Assembly: GCA_041937175.2 (NCBI GenBank)
Contig: CP166615.1
Location: 1,984,001-2,048,000 of the forward strand
Origin: Limnothrix sp. BL-A-16
Lineage (GTDB): Bacteria > Cyanobacteriota > Cyanobacteriia > CACIAM-69d
Reading direction: 5' to 3'
Length of the DNA stretch: 64,000 nucleotides
Shown piece after piece: positions 63,005 to 64,000 of this stretch. The notes under the pieces were generated by a model. The model had not been told where the DNA came from, did not search any database, and worked only from the letters and a program-made list of their open reading frames with translations. How positions within the stretch are numbered: the stretch's first letter is position 1; every line of letters starts with the position of its first letter. Made by a program: the position numbers and the translations under genes.

Positions 63005-64000
63005 ATGCTAGCCTTTGCGACAAGTATGGGGGATGTAATGGGACCCGTGGACTCGCCACCGTTAAATCTTGCACCGGAGGCCCTCGATAGCTGGGTGATG
63101 CGGGTTTTGAACTGGCCAGGCCTGCAAGTGCAAGTGCGCCTAGCGGGAACCCATTTGCACGTGCTTTGCGAAGGGTTGACCTGTCCCGATGCGGCGGTTT
63201 TGGAAGCCCGGTTTCGCCAAGGCTTGACCCGATCGCCCCTGCATCAGTTGCCCTGGGAAACCTTGCCCCGGCTGGTGTTGCTCTATGGTCGGCAACTGGG
63301 CCAAACCAAACCGGCCTGGACACGCTACGTGGTGCTGGAGCCTTCTATGATCACGGCTCCGCCTGCGGTCTCAATGCCGAGCGTTGCCGATGTGATGCAG
63401 GCTGCGGATGCTTCGGAGGAATTTGCGGCCCTGCCGCTGCCGGTGGCCTCAACACCCGACGCGCCGCCCATTCAAGCCGCTTGGGCTGGTTTGGCCCAGC
63501 GGGCTGCTCAGCAGGTGGGTGAAACCCTGAAGCGATCGGGCATTCAAGCCAAGGTGACGGTCAAAATCACCCCTAGCCCCCGGGTGATTCAGGGAGAGCC
63601 GAACGGGGCTACCGGCCATCGCCTTTGGGCCATTTGCCAGGTGACGGAACCGGTGGATTGGGTTCCCCAGGGGCCGGCCATGGCTCTGGCCTTGCGGGAG
63701 CTGAGCCTAGAGGGCTTCCGGGATGGCTATGTGTTGGGCCAGGCGCTTTCGGAACCGGAACCCAATTGGATTTTGCGGGTGAACCTGACGGCTCCTCGCC
63801 AAATGTTGTTTGATTGGGCCCGTTGGGGGGATGTGCAGGCCCTGTCGCACTTGCTCGATCGCACCTTGGGCAGTCGTTTGGCCCAATCCGTGTCGGCGGT
63901 GCTGGAAGAATCCACGCTGCATGTGTTCGCGAAGCTTCAGGAATCGGCTCTGGCCACGCCCCTGGAGGTGATTAGCACCGTTTCCACCCTGGTGCGGGCG
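63005..64000 (+). CDS. Large hypothetical protein (DUF1574-associated N-terminus), truncated by the window end
   Basis: Frame read manually (absent from the ORF track): VQVRLAGTHLHVLCEG; in-frame ATGs at 63005, 63026 and 63038; not every codon to the window end was verified. Confidence 0.55.
   Translation, partial: MLAFATSMGDVMGPVDSPPLNLAPEALDSWVMRVLNWPGLQVQVRLAGTHLHVLCEGLTCPDAAVLEARFRQGLTRSPLHQLPWETLPRLVLLYGRQLGQTKPAWTRYVVLEPSMITAPPAVSMPSVADVMQAADASEEFAALPLPVASTPDAPPIQAAWAGLAQRAAQQVGETLKRSGIQAKVTVKITPSPRVIQGEPNGATGHRLWAICQVTEPVDWVPQGPAMALALRELSLEGFRDGYVLGQALSEPEPNWILRVNLTAPRQMLFDWARWGDVQALSHLLDRTLGSRLAQSVSAVLEESTLHVFAKLQESALATPLEVISTVSTLVRA

Overview
Core-genome window from a moderately GC-rich cyanobacterium with abundant HIP1 (GCGATCGC) sites. 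A Limnothrix-like organism is my inference from sequence style, not a database result. It holds about 45 mostly housekeeping and signalling genes, including hflX, dapF/hfq, htpX, topA, a 4Fe-4S-type cysH, a ChlH/BchH paralogue, hisIE, ndhD1, rpoZ, ftn2, two hybrid kinases, a 7TM-HD phosphodiesterase and a GGDEF-EAL protein, plus tRNA-Val(CAC). Accessory content is an AT-richer TetR-MATE cassette and an IS5-family element that splits an SDR gene, with perfect 17-bp TIRs and an AAT target duplication. The most unusual signal is non-coding. Two MITE-like families of about 130-145 bp have different terminal inverted repeats but share one central palindrome, ACAAGGGGCTTAAGCCCCTTGT. Their ends sit repeatedly on stop codons, one copy is a chimera of the two families, and several tandem duplications break at the hairpin apex. 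No CRISPR array, cas genes, prophage or rRNA were seen. All function calls come from motif recognition by eye.
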